DNA from: Candidatus Zhuqueibacterota bacterium
Lineage (GTDB): Bacteria > Zhuqueibacterota > Zhuqueibacteria > Thermofontimicrobiales > Thermofontimicrobiaceae
Assembly: GCA_049322915.1 (NCBI GenBank)
Contig: JBMOPW010000021.1
Span: 1-64,000, forward strand
Length of the DNA stretch: 64,000 bases
Direction of reading: 5' to 3'
Part shown: positions 1 through 10,151 of the stretch, in pieces
Layout of the letters: every line of letters begins with the position of its first letter
Numbering within the stretch: position 1 is the stretch's first letter
Notes under the pieces: generated by a model
The model's input: the letters and a program-made list of their open reading frames with translations, nothing else
Database searches by the model: none
Told to the model about the DNA's origin: nothing
Program-made: the position numbers and the translations under genes

Positions 1-218
1 GATAACCTGAATGGTGCATAAATTTAAAATTCGAATATAAAACTGAGTTTGATTTTGCATATACATTCACACATTATGAAAACATAATGTTAAGTTGGGC
101 TATTGTAGAATTCATGAATAATTCAGGCTAAGGACAGCACTGAATAGGGATTTGGTGTCGAAGAAATAGCAAAATATTCTTCTCTGCGGTCGTTGAAAAT
201 TGAGGGGATAATAGAGAG

Positions 219-1691
219 GTGGTAGCTTTTATGATAAAAAAATGGGGCCGAAAGTTCTATCGGAGCGCGCTGCCAATTATCATTTTAATACTGGGTTGTA
301 CGATGAATCAGAATCGGGTGACGACACATTCGGCAGAAGCGTTGACGTTTTATCAGCAGGGAGTGAAAGATTATTACAACAATTATTTGAATCGGGCATT
401 TGACCATTTTACCAGAGCAATTCAAATCGATTCCTGTTTTGCCATGGCCTGTTGCCGGCTCAGCATGACATGTCACAATCTGGGGGATGCGCCAACGGCG
501 CAACGCTTCATGAAACGGGCGAAAACCTATATCACGTCAGTGACTCTTCAGGAAAAGCTATTGATCTCCATTTGCGAAGCAGAGTTGTCCGGCGATTCAA
601 AAGGACGGACAGTTCTGCTGCGCCAGTTCTATCAGAAATTTCCGGCAGATATGGAATGCCGCCTGTTGCTGGCAGCGGATTGCAACCAACGTCATCTCTA
701 CAATCAGGCTGAGGCGTACTTGTTGGAGATAGTAAAAGTCGATCCTGAAAATTTACCCGCTAATAAATTGTTAGCGGATACGTATTCGAAGTTCAATCAG
801 TTTGACAGAGCTAAAAAGCATATCCAGGTGTGTCTCGCCGCTGAGCCAGATGATGCCGATGCCATTGTTGCAATGGCGAAATTATATCAGCAGCAAGGGG
901 AGTACGATAAGGCGCAGCAAGCATATTATTCCGCAATAGAAATTTTGCCCTATTTTCAGAAAGCGCATCTGCAACTGGGAGACTTTTATTTGGAGATAAG
1001 TCAATTTGAAAAAGCGTTGCAGCAATTTCACCTGGCGTATGAATTGCTCCCGTCAACAGTGGCCAATCGGTCCATTGAGTACGCCAGAATCGCTGAAGTT
1101 TATATGTTGATGGGACGACTGGAAAAATCGACCCGGTCGGCGTTTCGGTCGCTCGATTTGGACAATCGAAATATCAAATCGTTGGCGGTACTGGGAAAAG
1201 TTCACTTGTTGGGAGACGAAATTGCAGAGGCCTGTGGAATTGCAGAGAAAATGAAGTCGATCATTGGTCAATCAGGAGAAGACGCGTCTGTCCCGGCAGC
1301 AGAATTCTATGATTTGCTTGGCGAGATTGCCTGCAAAAAGGGCGACTGGGATGGCGCACTGGAAAGCTTCCGGCTGGCGTGGCAAAACAGTCCTCACGAG
1401 AACGCGACTGAATATCAGATGAAACTGGCGCATACTTACTTGCGCGTGGGTGATTACCGGCAGGCGAAACATCATTGCAGCCAGATCATCCTGAGGAATC
1501 CCAATCATGCGCTTTCACATTTCATCCTGGCTCAGGCGTATGATGGTTTGAAAAATCATGATGCATCGGAACAGGAATTTTTCGAATTTATTTCGCTCTC
1601 AGAGGCAACCAACCGGTACGCGAATGAATTGGACTTTGCGCAGAAGCGAATTCTATTGGTAAACAGAAAGAACTTCGCAGTGAGGCGATAA
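219..1691 (+). CDS. Tetratricopeptide-repeat protein, probable lipoprotein
   Basis: Many TPR-like units (e.g. DAIVAMAKLYQQQGEYDKAQQAYYSAIEILP, AHLQLGDFYLEISQFEKALQQFHLAYELLP). A hydrophobic N-terminus ends in LILG-C (lipobox-like). The true start may be ATG 231. Confidence 0.8.
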   Translation: MVAFMIKKWGRKFYRSALPIIILILGCTMNQNRVTTHSAEALTFYQQGVKDYYNNYLNRAFDHFTRAIQIDSCFAMACCRLSMTCHNLGDAPTAQRFMKRAKTYITSVTLQEKLLISICEAELSGDSKGRTVLLRQFYQKFPADMECRLLLAADCNQRHLYNQAEAYLLEIVKVDPENLPANKLLADTYSKFNQFDRAKKHIQVCLAAEPDDADAIVAMAKLYQQQGEYDKAQQAYYSAIEILPYFQKAHLQLGDFYLEISQFEKALQQFHLAYELLPSTVANRSIEYARIAEVYMLMGRLEKSTRSAFRSLDLDNRNIKSLAVLGKVHLLGDEIAEACGIAEKMKSIIGQSGEDASVPAAEFYDLLGEIACKKGDWDGALESFRLAWQNSPHENATEYQMKLAHTYLRVGDYRQAKHHCSQIILRNPNHALSHFILAQAYDGLKNHDASEQEFFEFISLSEATNRYANELDFAQKRILLVNRKNFAVRR

Positions 1692-1699
1692 ATTTTTAC

Positions 1700-1728
1700 T
1701 TGCATTTTAGAAAAAGATTTCTTATAAT
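1700..1728 (+). promoter_or_regulatory. Sigma70-type promoter of rpmB
   Basis: TTGCAT (1700-1705), 17 bp spacer, TATAAT (1723-1728). Confidence 0.7.
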
Positions 1729-1791
1729 TAACGCTATGAAAAATTTATAAGATTCTTAATTATTTAGCTATGAAGGTGAAGGAGTCGTTTC

Positions 1792-1983
1792 ATGTCTAAA
1801 GTCTGTGTCGTATGCGGAAAGAAACCTCAAGTTGGAAATGAAGTGAGCCATGCTCATAATTTGACCAAACGTCGTTTTTATCCCAATTTACATAAGATGA
1901 AAATTGAAGTCGACGGGACAGTCAAGCGTTCCTATGTCTGTACCCATTGTTTGCGAGCCGGCAAGGTCAAAAAAGTGGTTTGA
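1792..1983 (+). CDS. rpmB: 50S ribosomal protein L28 (zinc-binding form with two CxxC motifs)
   Basis: [33 protein letters not shown]...[20 protein letters not shown] upstream. Confidence 0.97.
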   Translation: MSKVCVVCGKKPQVGNEVSHAHNLTKRRFYPNLHKMKIEVDGTVKRSYVCTHCLRAGKVKKVV

Positions 1984-2055
1984 TGCCCCTGGTTCGGTCG
2001 ACGATAGAGTGGCCTCATTAATTATTTTGGTTTCTACCAGATTATTGAAAAAATG

Positions 2056-2086
2056 ATGTACCATCTTTTATGGTACATTTTTTTTT
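2056..2086 (+). terminator. Intrinsic terminator after rpmB
   Basis: ATGTACCAT-ctttt-ATGGTACAT stem followed by a T-run. Confidence 0.75.
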
Positions 2087-2369
2087 CTCCCAAATTATAA
2101 AGCTGAAAGATCAGACACCAGCTTCGGTGAACAGGCGACAACCGGTGAACGGCGAAAGTGTTACCTGCCAGTAGACGCCGTCCATCCCTTTTGCTTCACG
2201 TCTGCCAGCGACGGTTTCACCTGTTTCAGGAACTGTCTGCTGCTGGAAATATCTGTATCGAATTCATCCCTCCAAAACGTCTACTGATTGGTTGCATTGA
2301 CAGCGACCACTCTCTGCGTTGCCCTCTATTAAAAGTCATTCGTCATTTTAAAAAAAAAATATTTTGGGC

Positions 2370-2398
2370 TTGACAATTTCAAAAATTTTATGTAACAT
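2370..2398 (+). promoter_or_regulatory. Sigma70-type promoter of the TonB-receptor locus
   Basis: TTGACA (2370-2375), 17 bp spacer, TAACAT (2393-2398); AT-rich upstream element. Confidence 0.65.
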
Positions 2399-2402
2399 TG
2401 CA

Positions 2403-2423
2403 TTAGTTCGGCCTCTTTACTAA
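2403..2423. promoter_or_regulatory. Candidate ROK-family repressor operator
   Basis: TTAGTTCGGCCTCTTTACTAA, a 21 bp imperfect palindrome (TTAGT...ACTAA) over the predicted transcription start. It resembles XylR/ROK-type operators, and a ROK repressor is encoded in the same locus. Confidence 0.5.
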
Positions 2424-2438
2424 CTAAGGGAGTCAGAA

Positions 2439-5345
2439 TTGAATCGCATAAAATACATCAAGCTTATCCTTTTTTCTTGCCTCTTCATTCACCCCATTTC
2501 ACTCTTTGCACAGCAAACAGGTAAAATCACCGGGCGGATTTTTGATACCGCAACAAAGGAGCCGTTAATTGGAGTCAATGTCCTCGTTGAGGGCACGTAC
2601 ATCGGCGCTGCCACAGATACCAAAGGCTGGTATGTCATTCTGAATGTGCCACCGGGGACGTACGCCCTGAACTGCATGTACATGGGCTACCAGAAGGTGA
2701 GTGTCGAGAATGTGGTGGTAAAAATTGATCGCACCACGCGAATCGATGTTCCGATGACAGCCACAGTGATGGAACTGGGCGAGGAGGTGGTCATCACGGC
2801 AGAGCGACCAATTGTGGAAATTGATAAAACATCCTCCTCCATTCATTACGAGGCAAAGGAGGTGCAAAATCTGCCGGTTGAAAATTTACGGAATGTCCTG
2901 CAGTTGTCGCCGGGCATCAGTAAAAATGCAGACGGTACGCTGAGCATCCGGGGCGGGGGTGCCTATGAAATTAACTATACGATAAATGGCATCAAGAGCA
3001 TGAACACCAACACCGGCGTTCCCGCGTACGGGACCGGTTCCAAATCTGAGAATAGCTGGAAATATGATATCAATCCATTGGCAGTGTCGCAAATGGAGGT
3101 GATCACTGGCGGTTTTAATGCAGAGTACGGCAACGCGCAATCCGGGGTGGTGAAAGTTGTCACCAAAGAGGGGGGGGCGAGATTCAATGGGGCTTTTCAG
3201 GTTGAATATCGACCGCCGGGAAAATATCACTGGGGCGAATATCTGTTTTCCAGGGATCAGTATGAATGGAAGAAATGGGGTGATTTTCAGAACTGGCTCA
3301 ATGAGCCCCAGTTCCGCGATTCCAGCGGGGCCGTGAGTAAGGCGGAGGCGCTGAGAAATTATCAGCTCTGGATGAAAAATCACACACCGTCGGAGGATAA
3401 TATTCTGGGCGTCTATGATTATCGGAAATCAGCATATACGCGGTACTTGTTCAGCTTCGGGGGCCCGCTGGGACGGAACTCCGATAAGATGAGTTTTTTC
3501 ATCACGGGCGAATTGAAGAATGCCCCAACGCGTCTCCCAACCAGGGAGCAAGTCCAGAAACTGGGGAATTATTCGCTGGTGATTTCTTATAAGCCCACTG
3601 CATCGCATCAATTCAAATTCACTAGCCTGTACCAGCATTTTTATTCCGGTATGGGTTCGGGCTCTGAAGATGTGCGCTGGGCTGGTTTGTGGGGGAGCTA
3701 TGGTGCAAAACGCAAGTACACCTTGATCTATGACTCGCCGCGTGAAGAGACCGTATTCGCTCAGAGTTTGAATTATAAGCGGATCTTTTCCTCCAAATCG
3801 TTTCTCGACGCCACAGTGACCCATCAAAATGAAATTCTCTACGCATTGCAAACACCAACGCCAGCCATTGACAAGGATGTTCAGCTTCATCCCGATCCGG
3901 AAGATCGCCTTCTGGAAGACCGCGGGCCATGGAACGAGAAATATCGTGAATATTACACCTGGTCCAGTCTGTACAATCAGGCGTCGGTGACTCATTTCTA
4001 TGAGGGAAAACTCAATTTCACCCATCAGCTCACGACCACCAATTTACTCAAAGCCGGCATCGAAGCGTCGTTGATGGAGCAGGATTATAATGCATCGTCT
4101 TCTTTGTGCGTGGCAGCGTTTATCTGGCGAACCGGTTTTGCAACCAATTATAAAGCAAATACCTGGTATCTGGCCGGGTATATTCAGGACAAGCTCGAAT
4201 TTGCCGGCATGGTGGCCAATCTCGGGCTTCGAACAGAAACCTACAATTTTGGAGTGGATGCGCCCGCAGATAAATATAATGTATTTTATCCGGCGCTGGG
4301 CAGTCCCGGCATTGGCCTACCGGAATGGGAGCCGTCCCGGACGTTCACCACGGTTTCGCCGCGGCTTGGCATTTCATTCCCCATCGGACAGACCACCGCA
4401 TTCCGCGTGCAGTACGGACACTTTCGTTCCATGCCAACAATCAACCAGGCATTGGATAACCAGACCTACAACGGCTGGGGGAGTTACGGGAATCCCAATT
4501 TGAAGCCCAATCTGAGCGTCAATTACGAAGTGGGCGTCCAGCAAAACTTATGGGACACGCATCAATTGGATATCGTCACCTATTATAATGACCTGAAAGA
4601 TCAGATTTCCCTTGTTTACATCAAAAGTTCAACCGGCAGTCAGGTGAAGCCAGATGATTTGAAGGGCACCTACATCAGTTACGAGAATAACGGCTATGGA
4701 AATTCGCGGGGAATTGAAATCAGTTTTTCCAGTCGCAGTCAGGGGTACTGGAATTATCGGCTGGCTTACACGCTAAGTCAGACCAACTATGGCTATTATG
4801 GCGTGTACCTGAATCGGCAGGATTTGACCGAGGAATTGGAGCAAAAATATAGCTATTCTGCCAGCGATTACCTGGCCCCGGAGGACCGAACCCATCGGTT
4901 CAACGGCGCGCTGACGTACAGCCTGCCGGCCAGCGGCGGAATTAACATTCTTGGTTTCCATCCGCTTGAAAATTCATCGACCAGTTTAATCCTCACGGTG
5001 CGCAGCGGACTTGCCTACTTCTGGTCGCCGGCCTATCAATATGATTATAAAATTGAATCGAACCGCCGGTATCCCATGGAGTCCCAGACCGATCTTCGAT
5101 TCGAGAAGACGCAGAAGATTGGTTCGCTCACGTTCAAAGCCAGCATCCGAATTTTGAATTTGCTCAATAATGCTCATCTCACTCCGATCACGGTTCAGGA
5201 AGAATTGGACCGCTGGGTATTGCGCAGCGCCACTTTCGCCGATGCGGATGATGATCCCACTCGCGATGTGAGAATTTATAACTATTTCCAGGTCTATCGG
5301 AATGTCCCCCGGCAGGTGTTCTTTTCATTCGGGGTGAATTTTTAA
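2439..5345 (+). CDS. TonB-dependent receptor
   Basis: Signal peptide; carboxypeptidase-regulatory-like N-domain (TGKITGRIFD...EPLIGVNV...GAATD); plug motif (EVITGGFNAEYGNAQSGVV); C-terminal Phe (FSFGVNF). TTG start with AAGGGAG RBS. Confidence 0.92.
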   Translation: MNRIKYIKLILFSCLFIHPISLFAQQTGKITGRIFDTATKEPLIGVNVLVEGTYIGAATDTKGWYVILNVPPGTYALNCMYMGYQKVSVENVVVKIDRTTRIDVPMTATVMELGEEVVITAERPIVEIDKTSSSIHYEAKEVQNLPVENLRNVLQLSPGISKNADGTLSIRGGGAYEINYTINGIKSMNTNTGVPAYGTGSKSENSWKYDINPLAVSQMEVITGGFNAEYGNAQSGVVKVVTKEGGARFNGAFQVEYRPPGKYHWGEYLFSRDQYEWKKWGDFQNWLNEPQFRDSSGAVSKAEALRNYQLWMKNHTPSEDNILGVYDYRKSAYTRYLFSFGGPLGRNSDKMSFFITGELKNAPTRLPTREQVQKLGNYSLVISYKPTASHQFKFTSLYQHFYSGMGSGSEDVRWAGLWGSYGAKRKYTLIYDSPREETVFAQSLNYKRIFSSKSFLDATVTHQNEILYALQTPTPAIDKDVQLHPDPEDRLLEDRGPWNEKYREYYTWSSLYNQASVTHFYEGKLNFTHQLTTTNLLKAGIEASLMEQDYNASSSLCVAAFIWRTGFATNYKANTWYLAGYIQDKLEFAGMVANLGLRTETYNFGVDAPADKYNVFYPALGSPGIGLPEWEPSRTFTTVSPRLGISFPIGQTTAFRVQYGHFRSMPTINQALDNQTYNGWGSYGNPNLKPNLSVNYEVGVQQNLWDTHQLDIVTYYNDLKDQISLVYIKSSTGSQVKPDDLKGTYISYENNGYGNSRGIEISFSSRSQGYWNYRLAYTLSQTNYGYYGVYLNRQDLTEELEQKYSYSASDYLAPEDRTHRFNGALTYSLPASGGINILGFHPLENSSTSLILTVRSGLAYFWSPAYQYDYKIESNRRYPMESQTDLRFEKTQKIGSLTFKASIRILNLLNNAHLTPITVQEELDRWVLRSATFADADDDPTRDVRIYNYFQVYRNVPRQVFFSFGVNF

Positions 5346-5394
5346 TGGTCACGAAACACTGCGCGTTCCGTGCAGCTCACTTTTTTTAAAGCCA

Positions 5395-7443
5395 ATGAAA
5401 ATGAAAACCATTCATACCCTTCTTTATGCTGGCCTTGTTTCCCTGACATGGCTGATTGTCTTCACGTCCGGGTTTGAAACAGGCCTGGCGCAGGAGAAAC
5501 TTTACACCATCAATCTGACACGCGGCAAGCTGTGGCATTCATTTTACATGTCGCAGGAATGTGAACCCATGGCGGACTGGGGACGCAAGACCTATGGCCT
5601 GGATTGGCCCGGCTACAGCACTGAAGAGGTGAAGCAAAACATCGGCGGGAGCAATAGCTATCTTGTGGCCGGCGGTTTTTTCATCACGGCGCTGAACGAC
5701 ACGGGCAATGTCTGGGGCTGGGATAATTTCGCAACGCACGGCACCGATGTCGGGTACGAGGGCGACCAGTTTCGCTACCTCGTTTCGAAGGATGAAAACA
5801 ATGCGCCCATTCATCGGCGGCGATGGAACAACGGGGAGAACTACTGGTTGCAACTCAATCCCCGCGAGGCCGAAGATGTGATCGAATCCCAGTGGGAAAT
5901 GAACGGCGCGTGGTATCAGCCCTGGGATAATCAAAATATGCCAGTCGCGGTGAAGCGCACCGTGCGGCAATGGTCTGGCTCCCAGGCCGATGAAAATTAT
6001 GTCATCATCGACTACACGGTTCGCAATACCCAGCGCCGGGATGCTCTGAACGGAGTGTATCTCCTTTTCAATTATGCGCTGTCGCCCAACCATCGCGGCT
6101 GGAATCTGACCTTTTCGAACTTCCCTGATGGCGCCAGAAATACCCATAGCAGCTACGATGCCGACGACCGCCTGCTGCTCGCGTTTGCCGGGGATTTCAT
6201 CGCAACGCCCGGGCTGGACGAGTCCTTCGATTTTTTCAATCATGTCGTGTATGACCCGATACGCGATGAAAATACTCTTTCGCCTGAGTTCATCGCGCCC
6301 GGCTTTATGGGCATTAAATTTCTCTATGTCTCGCCCGACTCCAATGGCGTTGAAAATTCGATCCGCTTTGCCTGGTCAGCGGCGGCCCCGACCAATGACC
6401 ACTCCGGCCCATTCCTCGGAATTGCCGGGCTGGACAGCAAATATGAAGCCATGGCCAATCCGACCCTGCTGTCCGAAGCATTCGACGATGCCAGTGATCC
6501 CCGCATGGGGCAAAATCGGCTCTATGCCAACTTTTCCGTGGGGCCGTTCAACATTCCCCACCGCGATTCCATTAAAATTGTCGTTGCTGAATTCGTCGGA
6601 GGCATGAATTACGAGGACGCCATCAAAGAGAACACGACCCGGGACGATGTGCTCGCGGCCGGGGACTCGGCCGTGGCCTATTTGAACGAGCGCGTCGCTT
6701 TCAATTACAATCACGGGTACACGGTTCCCATGCCGCCGCCGGCGCCGGCTTTTTCAGTTTACCCCAGCAGCGCCGAGGGCCAGGTCGCCAATGTCGTTGC
6801 CTTTGACAATGCGGTCGAGTCTGTGGCGGATCCGCATCAGGGCGCTCCGGATATTGTCGGGTATCGCATCTATCGCTCCGGCAGCTATCCGTTTGGGCCG
6901 TGGCTGCGCGTGGCCGAAATCCCGGTCGGCGATCCGCAGTTCTTCAACGCCGATTCTCAGAAATACATGTTCATCGACACCGCGGTGCCCCTGGGCTATG
7001 GTTTTTATTACGCCGTCACCAGCTACGACAGCGGGCATGATGCCTGGACTGTCGATCCCGCGGTTTCAGTGCCGTCGCTGGAATCGTCCATTTTCGCCAA
7101 TCGCACGCACACAGCATTTTACACCACGCTGCAACCGACAAAATCGGAACTGGACCGCGTGACAGTTGTTCCGAATCCGTTCTACCGAAGCTCCGGCTTC
7201 CAGTTGGCGGGCGACACCAAATTGATCCAGTTTGTCAATCTTTCCGAACAATGCACGATACGAATTTACACCGTCCGCGGAGATCTGGTGAAAACCGTGC
7301 ATCACTCCGATGCGACGTCCGGGGTAGCGACCTGGAATCAAATCAGCGATTACGGTCAGTATGTCAAAAGCGGCATGTATTTTTTCCACGTCTCCAATTC
7401 CCGCGGCGTGGTTAAAACTGGCAAGTTTGCAATCATAAATTGA
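5395..7443 (+). CDS. Secreted FN3-like protein with FlgD/T9SS-like C-terminal sorting domain (TBDR partner)
   Basis: Signal peptide; PMPPPAP linker; FN3-like GYRIYRS...YYAVTSYD; C-terminus VTVVPNPF...IRIYTVRGDLVK...WNQ...SGMYFFHV...GKFAIIN. Confidence 0.75.
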   Translation: MKMKTIHTLLYAGLVSLTWLIVFTSGFETGLAQEKLYTINLTRGKLWHSFYMSQECEPMADWGRKTYGLDWPGYSTEEVKQNIGGSNSYLVAGGFFITALNDTGNVWGWDNFATHGTDVGYEGDQFRYLVSKDENNAPIHRRRWNNGENYWLQLNPREAEDVIESQWEMNGAWYQPWDNQNMPVAVKRTVRQWSGSQADENYVIIDYTVRNTQRRDALNGVYLLFNYALSPNHRGWNLTFSNFPDGARNTHSSYDADDRLLLAFAGDFIATPGLDESFDFFNHVVYDPIRDENTLSPEFIAPGFMGIKFLYVSPDSNGVENSIRFAWSAAAPTNDHSGPFLGIAGLDSKYEAMANPTLLSEAFDDASDPRMGQNRLYANFSVGPFNIPHRDSIKIVVAEFVGGMNYEDAIKENTTRDDVLAAGDSAVAYLNERVAFNYNHGYTVPMPPPAPAFSVYPSSAEGQVANVVAFDNAVESVADPHQGAPDIVGYRIYRSGSYPFGPWLRVAEIPVGDPQFFNADSQKYMFIDTAVPLGYGFYYAVTSYDSGHDAWTVDPAVSVPSLESSIFANRTHTAFYTTLQPTKSELDRVTVVPNPFYRSSGFQLAGDTKLIQFVNLSEQCTIRIYTVRGDLVKTVHHSDATSGVATWNQISDYGQYVKSGMYFFHVSNSRGVVKTGKFAIIN

Positions 7444-7450
7444 GAAAAAA

Positions 7451-8422
7451 ATGAAGACTCACAGTTTGAATGCGAAACCAATGTTGTTGCTATTCACTCT
7501 GCTGGCCATGTTCTCTGCCGGGCGCGGACAGGATTTTCAAAAAACAGGCACGACCGGATTCGTATTTCTGGAATTGCCGGTCGTGGCCCGTTCCGCGGCA
7601 ATGGGGGAGACCGGCATCACGCTGCCCGATGCCGGCGCTGCCGGCCTGTTCATCAATCCGGCGCTCATCCCGTTGAGCACGAATCGGTTGGGGCTGAATG
7701 TGTCCTTTGCCGACTGGTACGTGGAAACGACCCATCAGGCAGTGGGTCTGATTTACAAAATTCCCGCCATTGGCACGGTTGGATTTCAGGCCACCTATTT
7801 TGATTTCGGCGAGATGAATAAAACCGTGAATCCTTCCGCTTCGGAGACAGGGTCGTACATCGATCTGGGCACATTCTCGGCCGGCGCATATTTCGTGGGA
7901 GTCTCCTTCGGCCGTTCTCTCACGGACAAATTCTCTTTCGGCGCTTCGCTGAAATACATCCGCGAAACGATAGACCAGTATCATGCGGATAATGGGACCA
8001 TCGATATGGGATTTGTGTACCTGACTGGTTTTCGAAGCCTTCGTATCGGAGCGTTCCTGCAGAATTTCGGCCTGGAAGCGAAGTACGCCACTGAGAAATT
8101 CAAGATGCCGCAGCAATTGAAAATGGGATTGTCCGGCGAGGTCTGGGGTAACCTCGCTGACGACAATCACCTGACTGTGCTCGTCGAGGCTGCTCACCCC
8201 AATGACGCCGATGAGCGAATTTTGTTGGGCGCGGAATCGGTCCTGATGAAAGCCCTGGTGCTGCGCGCCGGATACAAATTTGGCTTTGATGAGGAAAATC
8301 TATGCCTTGGCGCCGGGCTGCGTCTGCGCCTGGCCGGTCGGCATGCCGGCATTGATTTTTCTTACATGAATCATAAACATCTGGATACAACGCTTCGGTA
8401 CACGTTCACGATGGAGTTGTAA
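7451..8422 (+). CDS. PorV/PorQ-family outer-membrane beta-barrel
   Basis: Signal peptide followed by the PorV-like N-terminal motif GTTGFVFLELPVVARSAAMGE...FINPA; amphipathic beta-strands. Confidence 0.85.
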   Translation: MKTHSLNAKPMLLLFTLLAMFSAGRGQDFQKTGTTGFVFLELPVVARSAAMGETGITLPDAGAAGLFINPALIPLSTNRLGLNVSFADWYVETTHQAVGLIYKIPAIGTVGFQATYFDFGEMNKTVNPSASETGSYIDLGTFSAGAYFVGVSFGRSLTDKFSFGASLKYIRETIDQYHADNGTIDMGFVYLTGFRSLRIGAFLQNFGLEAKYATEKFKMPQQLKMGLSGEVWGNLADDNHLTVLVEAAHPNDADERILLGAESVLMKALVLRAGYKFGFDEENLCLGAGLRLRLAGRHAGIDFSYMNHKHLDTTLRYTFTMEL

Positions 8423-8425
8423 CTC

Positions 8426-9247
8426 ATGAGATCAGATTCCGTTAAACTGTTTCCCAATGCCCTGCTGCTTGCGGCGGTATTGCTATTGCACCCGCCAGCT
8501 CCGGCTCAGGAAAATTCGATCAAGCTGAAAATCCTGAGCGATTTTCAGGCGCAAAACAGCGTCTACAGGGTGGAAGAAGCCCGCGGCTTTGGACTCGGTT
8601 CCCAAATGAATTTTCCGCTGACGCAACATCTCGATTTTTGCCTGCACGTGAATTACGACTATCTGTGGCTCTCGCAGAACGATGTGCTGGACGAGTGGAA
8701 TTGGGACTATTGGGAACAGACCTACATCGATTTTCTGCCTGGCACTGAGCCTGAAATTGTCAATCAAACCCTCCGCTATACCAGCACTGACAGCATTTAC
8801 TCCGCCACGTTCGAGCCGGAACAGCGATTGAAAGAATTGCGGCTGTTCGCCGGCGTTGAATATCAGATACCCATCACGGAAAAACTGACGTGTTACGCCG
8901 GGTTGAGCGCCGGGGTGAGCCTGTTTTTCAGGGAACTGCACATGAAAGAGCACTGGATCAAGCGATTCAAGGTCGATACCCTTTCCACTGAAAAATTTGA
9001 TTACGATTATCAATTCGACCTGCTCCACTTTGCTCCGACGAAAAAAGGGACGATCCTTTTTGGCGCGCCGTCCCTGGGAGTGAGGTATTTCCTCAATGAG
9101 ACCGTGGATATGGACGTGTCCGTTCACTCGCTGTTTTATTACCATGAAAACCAAATCGCCGGCATCATCGTCTCCAGCGGCGGAGAAGAATGGTATCCGC
9201 TGAAATCCAAAACCCAGGTGAAAATCGGGTTGACATTTAAATATTGA
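8426..9247 (+). CDS. Outer-membrane beta-barrel protein, unknown function
   Basis: Signal peptide; alternating beta-strand pattern; aromatic terminus (KIGLTFKY); starts 3 bp after the upstream gene. Confidence 0.65.
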   Translation: MRSDSVKLFPNALLLAAVLLLHPPAPAQENSIKLKILSDFQAQNSVYRVEEARGFGLGSQMNFPLTQHLDFCLHVNYDYLWLSQNDVLDEWNWDYWEQTYIDFLPGTEPEIVNQTLRYTSTDSIYSATFEPEQRLKELRLFAGVEYQIPITEKLTCYAGLSAGVSLFFRELHMKEHWIKRFKVDTLSTEKFDYDYQFDLLHFAPTKKGTILFGAPSLGVRYFLNETVDMDVSVHSLFYYHENQIAGIIVSSGGEEWYPLKSKTQVKIGLTFKY

Positions 9248-9259
9248 TACGGGTACACC

Positions 9260-9901
9260 ATGCAGAAATACTTGATTATCTTGTTATTTGTATTGGCACT
9301 TTGCCCCATGAGCTCCGGCCAGGAAATCGGGCAATGGGGCGTTTCCATTCAGGGCGATTATTCTCAACCCATTGCCGGATTGTCGGATTGGTTTGCAGCC
9401 GCGCCGGGATTGGGCATTTCCCTGGGACAGCAGCGCAATGAGCACTGGTTCATCGAAGCCAGAATCGAATGGGCCCGGTTCGACGACGAAAACCTCACCG
9501 GCTATGTCGCCGACCACGTTGAGCTTTCGCTGGAGCACTTCGGATTGGTCTTCAACGGCCGTTATCAATTGGGACAGCTCGCCCTGCTGAAGCCTTACCT
9601 GAGTCTCGCCGGCGGTCTGTTTAGGTGGCGCGGGATTCGCGGCGCGGTTCAGGCGGATTCCACGGTCTCGCCGTATGTGCCGTTCATTGAAGAAAAGAAG
9701 CTGGAGGAGCAAAACTGGGGATTCTGCAGCGGGATAGGCGCCGAAGTGACGCTGCTGCCATCGCTCTCCCTGGATGTGCATGCCTATTATCGGTTTATCA
9801 TAGGCGATCTCTGGCCGACGCTTCAGCCGAATATCGAACTGGAGGGGGTGTCCGGTTTCCAGACCGTGAATGTGGCGCTGGCGCTGCGCTACTATTTTTA
9901 A
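9260..9901 (+). CDS. Small (OmpA/OMP_b-brl-like) outer-membrane beta-barrel
   Basis: Signal peptide; KPYLSLAGG and GIGAEV strands; terminal ALRYYF. Confidence 0.7.
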   Translation: MQKYLIILLFVLALCPMSSGQEIGQWGVSIQGDYSQPIAGLSDWFAAAPGLGISLGQQRNEHWFIEARIEWARFDDENLTGYVADHVELSLEHFGLVFNGRYQLGQLALLKPYLSLAGGLFRWRGIRGAVQADSTVSPYVPFIEEKKLEEQNWGFCSGIGAEVTLLPSLSLDVHAYYRFIIGDLWPTLQPNIELEGVSGFQTVNVALALRYYF

Positions 9902-10123
9902 AATCGCCGCCCTTGTTTCGTAGGTCGGGCAATGATTGCTGAGTTTCCGGAAAAGCCGTTTTCATGCGTGCGCGACCGGCGCTGTTCTCAGTCCGCGCGG
10001 TCAATCATCCGGCGCGAACCGCCGGTTCAATTTGATTGTCCCCCGTGGTGAATCAAATTTCGCCAATAGTAATATGAATGACGAGGGAAAATTTTGGAGT
10101 CTTTATTATTATTGGAGATACGC

Positions 10124-10151
10124 GTAGTGGACGGTCGCGACCGTCCACTAC
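10124..10151. repeat. GTAG-type REP palindrome
   Basis: Perfect 28 bp palindrome GTAGTGGACGGTCGCGACCGTCCACTAC in an intergenic gap. Confidence 0.75.

Noticed and set aside
2158..2373. 71 aa ORF and short direct repeats (GGTGAAC) between rpmB and the TBDR
   Set aside because: No RBS or motif, it runs into the TBDR promoter, and I recognise no riboswitch.
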